This document shows, one piece after another, positions 14,111 through 26,288 of a DNA stretch of 64,000 nt; within the stretch, counting starts at the first letter, position 1; each line of letters opens with the position of its first letter. The stretch comes from the human T2T-CHM13v2.0 reference genome, Homo sapiens. The DNA lies in NCBI RefSeq assembly GCF_009914755.1, contig NC_060947.1. The stretch is one strand, 5' to 3'. The notes under the pieces are model-generated. The model saw nothing but the letters and a program-made list of their open reading frames with translations, had not been told where the DNA came from and ran no database searches. Made by a program: the position numbers and the translations under genes.

Positions 14111-15346
14111 ACCAACATTTGTAATTGTCTCTGTGTTTGTTACCCAGGAGGTATAACTCAGGGGAAAACTCTATGACAGGATTTTTATTGAGTAAGAAAT
14201 GTGCCTTTCTTTTGTAAATAAGATAAAGGAGATTGTGAAATAAAAGGGGGGGATGTAAGAGAACTCAGCTTGAGGCCTTGACCCCAAGTGACTTTTTCTA
14301 CTAAAAGAAAAAGTAAATATGGAAGTTTAGGATTTATAAGTGACTGCTTAAAAACCAACCATGCCTGTGTCCCACTTGGCAAGATGTAATGTATCCCTGG
14401 GAGTAAAAATTCCCCAGTCTACTTCATATAGCCCTGGGAATACAAATTCCCCAGTCTGAAAGCCACCCTCATGAGAATACTGAAAGAGTTGGAGTTTATT
14501 CTGAAGCCAGTGGATAACCGAGAGCAATTGGAGTTGCCAAGCAGAAAACATCTGTGCTTTAGAAAGAGAATCATGGCCATTATTTCCTGGATGGATGAAA
14601 GGAAAAAGAAACTGAAGGCGCTGAGTTGCTACAGTAGAAACATCTCGCAAAAGTCCCTATGTGTGAGTTCCAGCCTTCCTCCTAATCAGGTTCTTATTTA
14701 TCAGACAATGAGGCCCATTAAGTGGTAATCATCTCGCTAAGGAGGCATTTCCCCTGGTATTCTAGTTCTGTAAACATCAGGTAATTCTCATTCCAACAAG
14801 TTGAACCTATTCAGACAGAACAAAGCATATTATAGAACCGCAGTCCCTCTGATGACAACACAGCATGATGAGCCTAAAGGATCCTTTGTCTCTATGTATT
14901 TGGATGGAGACATTTATCCTTAGCACTTTCCACAATAGAGTTGGGTCCTAATTTAAGGAAACTCTCTCCAGATAGAATCTGCTTCAAATGAATGCAAGAA
15001 CAAAACCTGGAGCCTTGCAGAGAGCCCTTTATATCCCAAAAGTCTGTACCAATATTGTTTTTCTGACATGAGCAAGCCTCTATTTTCAAATTCCCTGGAA
15101 ATCCTTTAGGAGGAATACTTATGTAGTCCAAATTTAGATACCTGCTAAATATTTAATATAAATAATCCCTTTCAAAATATTTTTCTGATTATGGATAGAT
15201 AAGAATAAATTTTCTCTAGGTAATACTAAAAATATGTTTTAAGTGTTTCACACCTGGGTTAAGGGAAAATTATGTTGCTGTAGTAAGATGATATCTTGAC
15301 AGGTGTTATACAACCCAAGCCCTGGAAAGCCTAAAAGGGTTTAGCA

Positions 15347-15608
15347 CTCACAGATGGAACAATGGCAAGGGCACACCTGGACAGGGGAGGGGAAGGAGTT
15401 CTTATTCCTGACACAGGCAGCCCCTACCACTGTGTCATTCCCCTATTGGCTAGGGTTGGCCCTCACAGTCTAAGCTAATTCCGATCAGCTATTTTAAAGA
15501 GAGCAGGGATATGAGCCAGAGTGGTGGGGTGAGTAGTTTGGTGGGAAGGATGGTTAGGAACAGGTAACTAAAGGTGGCTTAAGTCAGAACAGGTGACTAG
15601 GAGTGACT
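15347..15608 (-). repeat. Inverted 262-bp copy of the LTR10 internal segment 16393-16654
   Basis: Reverse complement of identical length with 4 mismatches by eye. Confidence 0.95.
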
Positions 15609-15878
15609 GGTTTTCCCACCAAAGAAGCACAAGAAGACTCCATGAATCTTCCTTTCAATCGAATTGGCAAAGAAGGCAAAGCCTCTGAAGTCTAGACCCA
15701 GCCTGCTTCTTCAAGGGAATTGTGGGATTTCCATAACAGGATGGAGGTCAAGATAGTAAACATTATGAATAAACTGCCCTTGAGTTAATGCACAGTCCAA
15801 TGGACTGCATGCTCTTGAATGGCAGGGGCTAGATCTCACATAATCTTATACTATTACACCCAACAGAGTGCCTGGAAC

Positions 15879-16200
15879 TGTTAAAGAGAAATTGTACCAG
15901 ACAAGTTAAACAGGCAAGGAGGACTTTATTCAAGACGATTGCAATACAGCAGATTGAATTTGACTCTGAATACAACATGGGCAGCTGGACATTTATAGCC
16001 AATAGGCAGGGTAAGAGAGTCAATGGATAAAAAATTACCAAGAAGAACTTGGTTAGGTATCAAGGATCTGGGGTGAATTCTTGCTAAACTGGCTTGGCTT
16101 GATTCTTGCTGAACTGGGCTAGACCAGATGTGGCTTAGTTGAGAATAGGGCTCAGAGAAGCCTGATGAAAGTTTGGTAAAGGAAGAAGTCCCTTTTAGCA
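15879..16200 (-). mobile_element. MER31/MER67-like ERV1 LTR
   Basis: Minus strand reads CCAAACTTT..AGGCTTCTCTGAGCCC..CAGCAAGAATC..TTGGCTATAAAT..GTCTTGAATAAAGTC..TTAACA. Confidence 0.7.
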
Positions 16201-16210
16201 CTTAAAACCA

Positions 16211-16757
16211 TCAGTATGTTCAGCTCTTTTATTCTTTGATTCTCCATTTTAAAGTTTAACTTCCTGGTTCTCTTCACTCCCTTGCTTTTAGTTTCAGGAA
16301 ACAACTTTCCCACCACTCCTAATCAGTAGTTCATATCTGTTCCCTGGTCACCTCCTCCATCCTGACTCATCCTGGTCACCTGCTTTGACCTGAGTCACTC
16401 CTAGTCACCTGCTCTGACTTAAGCCACCTTTAGTTACCTGTTCCTAACCATCCTTCCCACCAAACTACTCACCCCACCACTCTGGCTCATATCCCTGCTC
16501 TCTTTAAAATAGCTGATCGGAATTAGTTTAGACTGTGCGGGCCAACCCTAGCCAATAGGGGAATGACACAGTGGTAGGGGCTGCCTGTGTCAGGAATAAG
16601 AACTCCTTCCCCTCCCCTGTCCAGGTGTGCTCTTGCCATTGTTCCATCTGTGAGAAACACCCTTTCTGCAGAAAGTAAAAATTGCCTTGCTGAGAAAATT
16701 ATGTTCAAGTGCTATTTCTTTGCAGCACTGGGGAACAAGCATTTTGCATTTCTAACA
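16211..16757 (+). mobile_element. LTR10 (A/F-like) solo LTR lacking its first ~40 bp
   Basis: TCAGTATGTTCAGCTC..TTTTAAAGTTTAACTTCCTGG, GTCACCTG repeat array with AP-1 motifs, and 3' end CATTTCTAACA. Confidence 0.8.
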
Positions 16758-16763
16758 CAACTT

Positions 16764-16846
16764 AACCTCCTGAGAAGCTGGAACCACAGGTGCATACCAC
16801 CAAGCCCAGCTCATCGTCGTGTGTGTGTGTGTGTATGTGTGTGTGT

Positions 16847-16896
<50 letters not shown>

Positions 16897-17007
16897 GGGG
16901 TCTTGCTATGTTGCCTAGGCTGGTCTCAAACCCCTGGGCTCAAGTGATCCTCCCACCTCAGCCTCCCAAAGTGCTGGGGTTACAGGCATGAGCCACTGTG
17001 CCTGGCC
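16764..17007 (-). mobile_element. AluJ, 3'-truncated, with a (CA)n-expanded linker
   Basis: CTCAAGTGATCCTCCCACCTCAGCCTCCCAAAGTGCTGG..CCTGGCC. The 3' part of the right arm is missing. Confidence 0.85.
16819..16892 (+). repeat. (TG)n microsatellite
   Basis: About 37 dinucleotide units with two TA interruptions. Confidence 0.95.
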
Positions 17008-17192
17008 AACATTTTCTAACAAAGGCATTTCTTCTAATTAGTCCTTTTTACTGACACTCACAAGCTGATCAGTGTGTCTTATACCAAAAAGGCCTGCAAA
17101 CCAAATCACTGCTGACCATGCTGCTCTCAGTCTGAAAGTATGTAGTTGGGTCCTCCAGGAGGGAGATGCTGAGACTAAATTGGAATACAATA

Positions 17193-17424
17193 GTGAAGCA
17201 GGATATTTCCCTGACCCCTTCACAAGCAGGAACTGGAGTATGTGGGTGCTGGCAGGGGCAAACTCCACTCACTTGACCCACTGTGCTCCACCCCTCATGG
17301 GAGGGGGCACACAGGTAAGCAGGTGCAGGAGCTGGGGCGAGTGCTTTTGGGTACTGGCAAGAGTCCCCTTACTGGGGACCCATCCTCTTCTGCCCAGAAT
17401 TTCCCTGCCTCCTGTTGCTATCAA
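17193..17424 (-). mobile_element. MER52-like LTR with a large internal deletion
   Basis: Ends TGAAGCAGGATATTTCCCTGACCCCTT and CCCTGCCTCCTGTTGCTATCA resemble the longer copy at 31813-32811. Confidence 0.6.
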
Positions 17425-17852
17425 TAGGTTTATTAGAGGAATAGCTCCCTGAAAGATAAAAGAGCAGAAAGTAGAATTTGGCAGGGAGCATCTCCAATGG
17501 CAAGTCAGATCAGACAGTCATGGTCAACCCAAAGAGGGTCTCCAGATCAAAAACTGCCCATTAGAGGAGCCTCACACTGGACAGAAATGGCCATGTCCTA
17601 GTAAGCCCAACCATGCTCAGCCTTTGGCTAAGAGTTGCACAGGATGAATGCAAAGTCTACTCTGAGGTAGCTCTTGAAGGTGCTGCAGTTGAATGGCAAG
17701 TGCATTTTTGAAGGGAAATCTGAATGGCACAGCACCATGACTGCCAAAAAGAAACATTGCAGAGAAATCAGGAATTTTTCTTAAGAGGTAAACTGCTGTG
17801 AAGCATGGATTCCCTTCTTTCTAAGTACTAAGTATAAGAATGAGCATGAGAG

Positions 17853-18445
17853 TGAAGGACAATATGCCATCCCAAAATATGCCAGATAAGTATATTGATT
17901 ATTTTGAGTTGAAAACATTGGAGAAATTGTAGTTTCAGAAAGGGCTAGTTGACCTGTCTCTTCCTGCATGTGACAAGCCATAAAGATTCCTCTGGGAGGG
18001 GTACCCTCACCATACTAGGGTGAGAAAACAGCCTTTATCACCAGACTGGAAATTGGGGGAAATTAAGATGAATAAATATATTCAACAAAGTATATTTCTC
18101 TATGCTTAATGAAGTAACCCTTGTTCCACTAGTTTCATAAACCCCTATATATCCACCTCCTAGAGACTCCCTTAGAAAATTTACTGCCCCTAGCCAGATT
18201 TTCTTTATCCTGTCACTTCTTCTCACATTTTTCATTCTTTGTCTAAAAAGTATAAAAGCGTCTTGCTTTGACCACTTCTTTGGGCTTCACTCTGTTGTGA
18301 AGATCCTCATATATGTGTAAAACTAACACAGTTTGTATGCTTTTCTCTTGTTAATCTGCCTAGTGTCAGTGTGGTTTCTAGATCCAACCAAAAAGCCTGC
18401 ATAAGAGCCTAAGAGGAGTTGGAGGTAATCTCTGACTCCCATACG
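17853..18445 (+). repeat. 5' LTR (MER34/MER39-like)
   Basis: TGAAGGACAATATGCCATCCCAAAATATGCC..GATTATTTTGAGTTG, TATA box GTATAAAAG near 18250. Colinear with the 3' LTR. Confidence 0.9.
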
Positions 18446-18450
18446 GAAGT

Positions 18451-18468
18451 CATTGCCCAGTGTGGGGC
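18451..18468 (+). promoter_or_regulatory. Degenerate primer-binding site
   Basis: TGCCCAGTGTGGGGC just after the 5' LTR. It matches 12/14 of the tRNA-Lys(CUU) PBS GCCCAACGTGGGGC and is similarly close to tRNA-Met. Confidence 0.5.
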
Positions 18469-19559
18469 AATTCTTCACTGGCTGGAACATTGCTTACTCC
18501 AGAACTGCTACAGCTGAGATCCTGTACCTCTGACAAAAGACTGTCAAAGGTACGATTTCTTACTGTCAGATTCCTGGATCGCTGTGGTGGTAGCTGGTCA
18601 AGGCAAGAATGGTAAGACTCTCTGCGTCTTTTTCCCTCTCCAAACTGGGATCGACAGGAGGAAACACTCGTGAACTAGTTCTTTGGGTATAAAGTGACTT
18701 TTGGTGTTTTTGTGAGTACTCTAGATTTCTATTTGATCCTTTTGCTGTTAGATATAGTCTTTATCTTATTTTCTCACTGTCTTTTTGTGTTGTTTGCCAT
18801 AAGGAGAGGAACCGTAGGCATAGGTAGAGAACACAGGCATAGGTCCTTATAATCCTGCTGTTCGAATCGGCCTTCACAGATCAGTGAGTTTACAGTTCTC
18901 ATCAGGCCAGTGTCTGTCTAAACAAACTTTGCTCTGGGTCCCTGAAACAAACAACAAATAAAATGAATGAGGTTCCCCTCTTGTCTTGTTTTATGTGTCC
19001 TGAGGGCTTGGCTTTGCAACCAAAGAAGACACCCTCTCTAATCACTGCCATCAGAGGGGCACAAAGAATTGGGTTTGTGTTAGGCAGCCAGTCTGAAAAG
19101 ACTGGGGATTTGAGACACATAAGATATTAAGCAGCACTTTCTTTGTCCAAATGTACCAAGCTCTCAGGGAGTTTTATAAGAGGCCAACTCATGAAGTCTT
19201 TTGTTGTCTGGATCAGTGCTGGGAAACTCCCATCCCAGTATTGCCTGCCTGATGTCAGAGATTAGTGGATTTATAAATAAAGGCGACTCACATTCCATGA
19301 GAGACCAGAGACATCGTCTGCACACTCTCCTTAATTTCCTGTGGCAACAAAGGTCTTTGCTTTCTTAGTCTATTTCTGAGAGTGAATTTTTAGATCATAG
19401 GGGCTGCATCTTCTGTGCCCACTCCAGAAATGTCCCTTGCATCCCTGTAAAGATTTATTCTAAGCCTGGAAAGTTACCTTCTAGTCTCTCCATCAAAAGG
19501 CTTAAGTGAACATTGGAATATATACACTAATGAAGATCCCAATTGTCAATGACCAAAAG

Positions 19560-21045
19560 ACAGATCCTTTGAAATAGAAAGACTACTATATTTGAAAAAA
19601 TTTTGAGAGAGCTTTCATTCTAAAACATCAACCTTTATGGGAAGATCAGGTAGAATGAAGAACCCAGAAAATTATGGCTAGCCTTAGAAATTCCCTTAAC
19701 AAAATTAAAGAGCAAAAAACAGACCTAGAACACAAATTGAAACTCGATCCCACTATAAATCCTCCTTCTCCACCCACTTACACCCTGCTTTATCCCCAGC
19801 TCCCTGTCCCTGACCCACCAGAGGATCTATTGGATCTCAGGGTCCCTGATTTGAACCCCCCTCCTCAACATCCAGCCCTATCTCCTCAGCCTCTCCCTCC
19901 TATTCTGTCTCCTCAACAAAATTATTTGACTCCTTCAACCTCCCCAGAAAGCCCCTTAGATATACAGCTGCCTTCTTTAACCTTCTTTTCCCAGGGTGAT
20001 TTACAAAAAGCCCTCTTGATCTCAAAATCCAAGGCATACAGTCATTTGTGTAAAACTTAACAACCAAGAAGTAAAACTGGCACAGATTCCAAGAACATGC
20101 GGCAAGGCTCACTTTTTTTCTGTCCCTTACAACCTCTCCTATTTCCCAGGGCCTTGGAATCAGACTCCATCAGCTCCAAATCTTCCTACGCAATGTTCTC
20201 TGTGAATGTATCTTAGACCCCCTACTCAAAGAATTTTTGTTTCCTGGACAGCAACAGATCTTTTAAATTATAAAGCCATTTTGTCTCCACTTTCAGAAGA
20301 TCCTACCAAGTTTAGAGAAGAATAGGAGAAATCAGTGGCCATCCGTAATCCCATTCATAGGAACCTTGACTGGCTGCTAAGAGGTGTACTTCCCTCTCAT
20401 GATCATACTGCAGTTAATAACTGGCCAGACAGGCCAGACAGCCCTCTGGGGAAAACCCCCTCCACAGAGGGAACAGATGGCCGGAGCCCCTCCCTGGCCC
20501 TCCTGCCAATGAGGAGATAGCTCAGCTAAGATGCTGATATTCAGGGCCTGATAGGGACAATATTAGAGGCTTTCCCTCCTAAGATGAATTGGTCTAGGTC
20601 AAATTGTGTATCCAGGAAGAGAGTGAGCACCCCAAGGCATTTGTCGAGAAATTTATGCAAGGTTTTCAAAGGCATACGGCATTAGATCCAGTAGCTCCAG
20701 AGCATAGAAATCTTCGAATTTCTGCTCTGGTTGGGAATCTTCTTCCTGATATAAAAAGTCAATTCAAAAATAGTATAGTTGTTTCGGTTGGTCAGTCTCT
20801 AAGCATTATAATAGAAGCAGCTACTCAATTCTTTGAAAATAGCTTGCAAGAAAATAAGGGGAAAAAATAAAATCAACAGTTCTTGTCTTGGAGCTTGAAT
20901 TCTTACAAAAACAAAGGCAAGCCTCTAAGAATGATTCAAAGTCCTCTCATACCTTTGGTCAGCTACAAGGCTTTTCTAGTTTGCCTTCAGAAATTTGCAG
21001 ATCCTGCAAAAAGCTGGGGCATTGGAAAAACTGCTGTCCTATAAA
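19560..21045 (+). pseudogene. ERV gag remnant
   Basis: Proline-rich PPPTY..LYP region, MHR-like IQEESEHPKAFVEKF, and zinc knuckle CRSCKKLGHWKNCC (~20996-21040). Multiple stops and frameshifts. Confidence 0.85.
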
Positions 21046-21205
21046 AAGAAAGAAAGAGAGAGAGAGGGAAGGAAGGAAGGAGGGAAGGAGGGAAGGAGGG
21101 AAGGAAGGAAGGAGGGAAGGAAAGAAGGAAGGAAGGAGAGAGAGAGGAAGGAAGGAAGGAAGGAAGGAAGGAAGGAAGGAAGGAAGGAAGGAAGGAAGGA
21201 AGGAA
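21045..21205 (+). repeat. Purine-rich / (GGAA)n microsatellite
   Basis: 15 perfect GGAA units at 21146-21205 preceded by imperfect GGAA/GGAG units. Confidence 0.97.
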
Positions 21206-21309
21206 CTCTCCCTAAAACCCAGCACCCTCAGAAGGCTCATTTTTCCCCTCCTGTGGCACGATACCCCATTGATTGGTGGGGTCAGCCGATTCTCCCTTGC
21301 ACTCCAAAG

Positions 21310-21600
21310 CCCACCATTCAACTTAAAGTAGAGGATCAGGAACTGGATTTAATTGACACTGATAGGACTTCCTCTACTATTTGCTCAGTGGAATTATCTC
21401 TGCTTGTTACCTCTGATTCTATTCAAGCTACTGGGGTCTCTGGGCAACCTATTTTACTGCCCATATCTCAGGACATTCAAACATCCTTAGGCCCTCTTAA
21501 CACCCACCGTGCCTTTCTAGTTTCTGACTCCTCACCTGCAAATCTTTTAGGTAGAAATTTATTATGTAAGTTTAGTGCTATGATACAATATAATAAAAAA
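21310..21600 (+). pseudogene. ERV protease remnant
   Basis: LIDTDRTSS (DTG motif mutated) and NLLGRNLL. Confidence 0.85.
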
Positions 21601-21699
21601 GGCATTTTTATTTCCCTACATTCAGAACAAACTTCAAGCTTCCTGCTCTCTCAGGGAAACTCTTCTTGATTTAAATTCCTCTAAAGAAGATGCAATCTT

Positions 21700-23960
21700 A
21701 AAAGATGTCCCAGCTAGTCCCTAGGCTTCACATGCAAATGAGATTGGACTGCTACTGAGTACAGAACCTGTATGCATTGCAGAGAAAAGGAACAAATATT
21801 TCCCATCAGTAGCTCAGTGTCCCCTCTCATGAGATGCAGAGCAAGGAATCAAACATATCATAGACTCCCTTTTGCAATAAGACATGCTTATTTTTACCAC
21901 TTCACCCTGTAACACCCCAATCTTACCAGTAAAGAATGAAGGAAAATTTGATTCAGATGGAAATCAAATCTATTGATTGGTGCAAGATATAAGAGCCATA
22001 AGCACCTTTGTAATTCCCCACCACCTTGTAATCCCCAATTTGGCTGCTATCCCTACCTCAATTCCTGGTGATACAGCCTGGTTTACAGTAGTTGACCTCT
22101 GCTCAGCTTTCTTTTTGATTCCATTGCACCCTGACTCACAGTTTCTCTTTGCATTTAGAGGAAGACAATTAACATGGACTCTCATGCTTTAGGGATATTG
22201 TGAGTACCCTTCAATATTCTCTCCAATCCTTAAAACCACTTGGATTGTAGCCTCTACCCAACGCTCCACCTTGTGCTTTGTAACCAAACTAAAGAAGATA
22301 CCCCTACAGACTCTCTCAGTCTACTAAAGGTACTCACTGAACCATGCCATAAAGCCTCCAGGTCTAAACTTCAGTTTGTGCAAACAACGGTTACTTTCTT
22401 AGGACATGAAAGATCTCAGGGCACTCAGAAGTTCACCCCAAAATGCATCCAGTCAATTTTGTTCATCCCTTTCCCCAAGACAAAAAAGCAGCTGTGTAAG
22501 TTTCTAGGGGCAGCTGGCTATTGTCAGCAATGGATTCCTAATTTTGAGGCTATTGCCAAACCACTCTATGCCCTCTTTCTAGATGCCACTCCAGAGGCCA
22601 CTCTGTGGCCTTCAGAAAAATTAACTTCTTTCAAAGCCTTGAAATTAGCATTGTCCTACCCCCTGCTCTTGGCTTACCTAATTTTGATAAGCCTTTTCAC
22701 CTCTATTGTCATGAAAATAGTGGGGTTGCTGCAAGTATTCTAAGGTAACCCTTTGCCTCTCAAATACAACCTGTAGCATATTTCTCATGCCAATGGGATC
22801 CTGTGGCAGCAGGCACGCCCCCATGCCTGCATGCAGTAGCAGCGGCTGCCGCCCTAATTACTAAAGTCAGCACCCATACATTAGGCTCCCCCATCCACCT
22901 CGATGTTTCTCATGCTGTGTCTGCTCTCTTCCAAGTTCTTAAGATGCAGCACCTCTCTACACATGGACAGAGCACCTAGGAGCAAGCCCTGTGAACCAAT
23001 CTCTCCATCATCTTATGCCTTTGTGACATTAAATCCTGCTACACTCCTACCCCTCCCTGATGATGAAGAGCCTCATTCCATTCCACTTGATTGCCTAGCA
23101 GCTATAGAAATGGGTTCAAAGCCATGAGGGGATCTCTCAGACTCTCCTTTAGACAACCTAGCCTTGCTGCTATTTTGTAATGGCTCTTGCAAATTTAATT
23201 TTAAGGGAAACATAATAACTGGCTATGCCATAGTTTCCCCACATGAAACGCTTGAGGAATACTCTTTGCTGACTATAAAGTCAGCCCAGGCTGCTGAACT
23301 TATAGCTGTTATTAGAGTTTGCACATTGGCAAAAGGAAAAACTGCCACTATTTACACTGACTCCAATATGCTCTTGGAGTCTGTCATGCTGTTGGCACAA
23401 TCTGGAAATCCCGTGGATTCTGAACCTCTGCTGGTACTCCTGTTGCTAATGGACATATAATTGCTGCCTTATCACAGGCTGTTCACCCTCATACTAAAAT
23501 TGCTATTGTTCATTGTCCAGCCCACACTAAGGAGACTGATACTATATCTTTAGGGAATGATAGGGCAGAAAAGGCTGCTAAGTACACAGTCAAAAACTGA
23601 CCCCTTTTCATTTTTCCACCCAATTTATGAATTCGCCTTTATTCCTGACTGATATTATTGATTTTCAGGTAAATGCCCCAAAATACGAAAAAGATAAATG
23701 GATACAAAAGGGTGCCAAGCAGTTATCAGATGGATTGGGTATATTAGGCCAAATGGACTTCCTGTGGCCCCTTTTCTTTTAACCTTTTGGCTTGTACTTA
23801 TGTCTCATCAGATGGGACATATGTGCATATGGGGGATAGTTGAGGAACTAAAGAATACTTGGTTTTGTCCTGGGATTTACAACATTTTTGTCCAAATTAT
23901 TTTCCCATGCATTACTTGTAAATCTTACCAAATTTCTGGAAGAAACCAACACTCCTCAGT
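21700..23960 (+). pseudogene. ERV pol remnant (RT, RNase H, integrase N-terminus)
   Basis: PCNTPILPVK, VQDIRAI, WFTVVDLCSAFFLIPLHPDSQFLFAF, FLGAAGYCQQWIPNF, LNPATLLP, SAQAAELIA..IYTDS and HQMGH..CITC. Truncated at ~23960. Confidence 0.9.
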
Positions 23961-23962
23961 CA

Positions 23963-24480
<518 letters not shown>

Positions 24481-24678
24481 AGTAAGTCTACTTCCACCTA
24501 TTTTCTCCACTTTTTTGTTATTTTCCCACTACTCTTGTTTAGGTAAACGAAAAACAAAACAATACAAAAAGACCTCTTTTTTTCATTGACCAAATCTTTT
24601 CCCTGTCTGTTGATAGACTATTAAAAAGCTGACTGGAGACTGTCTCACTCTATTCTGTTCTCCCTCTGATCCTCTACT

Positions 24679-25000
24679 GTGCACCATTTTTCAAACTGTG
24701 TCTTGATCTTATTAACTCTTATTTTTTTCAACAAGTCAGGTACAGACCTGGTACCTCTTTGTACCAGTCTTCCAAATCCTGTCTATGATAACTAACCAAT
24801 CTGATTGTTGGTTATGTCAACATATTTGAATGTCAACATTATTTGAAAGAACCTGAACATATTTTTGTTCCTGCCAATGCATGTCTGGTGGATAAAGTCC
24901 AGAGAATAAACATATGCCAAGAGAAAACAATCTCATGCTAGTTATCCTTTTGCCACCAACTCAACTTTTAATGTTCAAAACTTCTAGTGATGTTTCAAAC
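24679..25000 (+). pseudogene. Internally deleted env remnant resembling HEMO/ERVMER34-1 env
   Basis: Translates (with frameshifts) FSNCVLILLTL / VQTWYLFVPVFQILSMITNQSDCWLCQH / EPEHIFVPANA..WW, then TQLLMFKTSSDVSN just before the 3' LTR. Confidence 0.8.
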
Positions 25001-25008
25001 TGGGAAAA

Positions 25009-25600
25009 TGAAGGAGTAAAGTAATGTAAAATGAAGGAATATCCCAAACTACGCAGGACTTATATGTTGATTATTTTAAGTTGAAAACATTGGAGAAATT
25101 GTAGTTTCAGGAAGGGCTAGCTGACCTGTCTCTTCCTGCATACAGCAAGCCATAAAGGTTCTTCTTGGAGGGGTACTCTCACTGTACCAGGGTGAGAAAA
25201 TAGCCCTTATCACCAGAGACTGGGAACAGGGGGAAATTGACCTAAATAAACATACTTAATGAAGTAACTCTTATGTTCCACTAGTTTTATATCCCCCATA
25301 TATCTCCCAGTGACTCCCCTAGAAAACGTACTGCCCCTAGCCAGATTTTCTTTATCCAGTCATTTCTTCTCAAATTTATCATTTTTTGTCTAAAAAGTAT
25401 AAAAGCATGTTGTGCTTTGACCACTTCTTTGGACTTCACTGGCTTCACTCTCTCATGAAGAGCCCCATGTACATGTACAACTAACACAATTTGTATGCTT
25501 TTCTCTTGTTAATCAACCTGTCATCAGTTTGGTTTCTAGAGCTAGCAAGAGCCCATATAAAAACCTAAAGTAGTTGGAGGTAATCTCTGACTCCCCTACA
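25009..25600 (+). repeat. 3' LTR of the provirus
   Basis: Colinear with 17853-18445 at roughly 85-89% identity by eye. Ends CTGACTCCCCTACA. Confidence 0.9.
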
Positions 25601-25896
25601 GGCAAAATGATCACCATGACTATTTTAATCCTTTAGTTTGTGAAATATAACACGCATACAGAAACTTACACAAGAAAAAGGCATACAACTGAAGAATTTG
25701 TCACAAAATGAACACTCATGTAACCACCATCCAAATAAAGAAATAGAACACTGCCAGCATCCCCAAAATCTTCCATGTCCTGCCCACCCCAAATTCTACC
25801 CCTCCTTTTACCACAAAGATAACCACTATTCTGATTTTATTATTATTATTCTCTAGATGGCAATTTGATTGTTCAAGCAGGTTAAAGAAAGCTTCT

Positions 25897-26288
<392 letters not shown>

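Noticed and set aside
20888-21669. 147-224-aa ORFs rich in KEGR
   Set aside because: These are translations of the GGAA microsatellite joined to gag/pro remnants, not genes.
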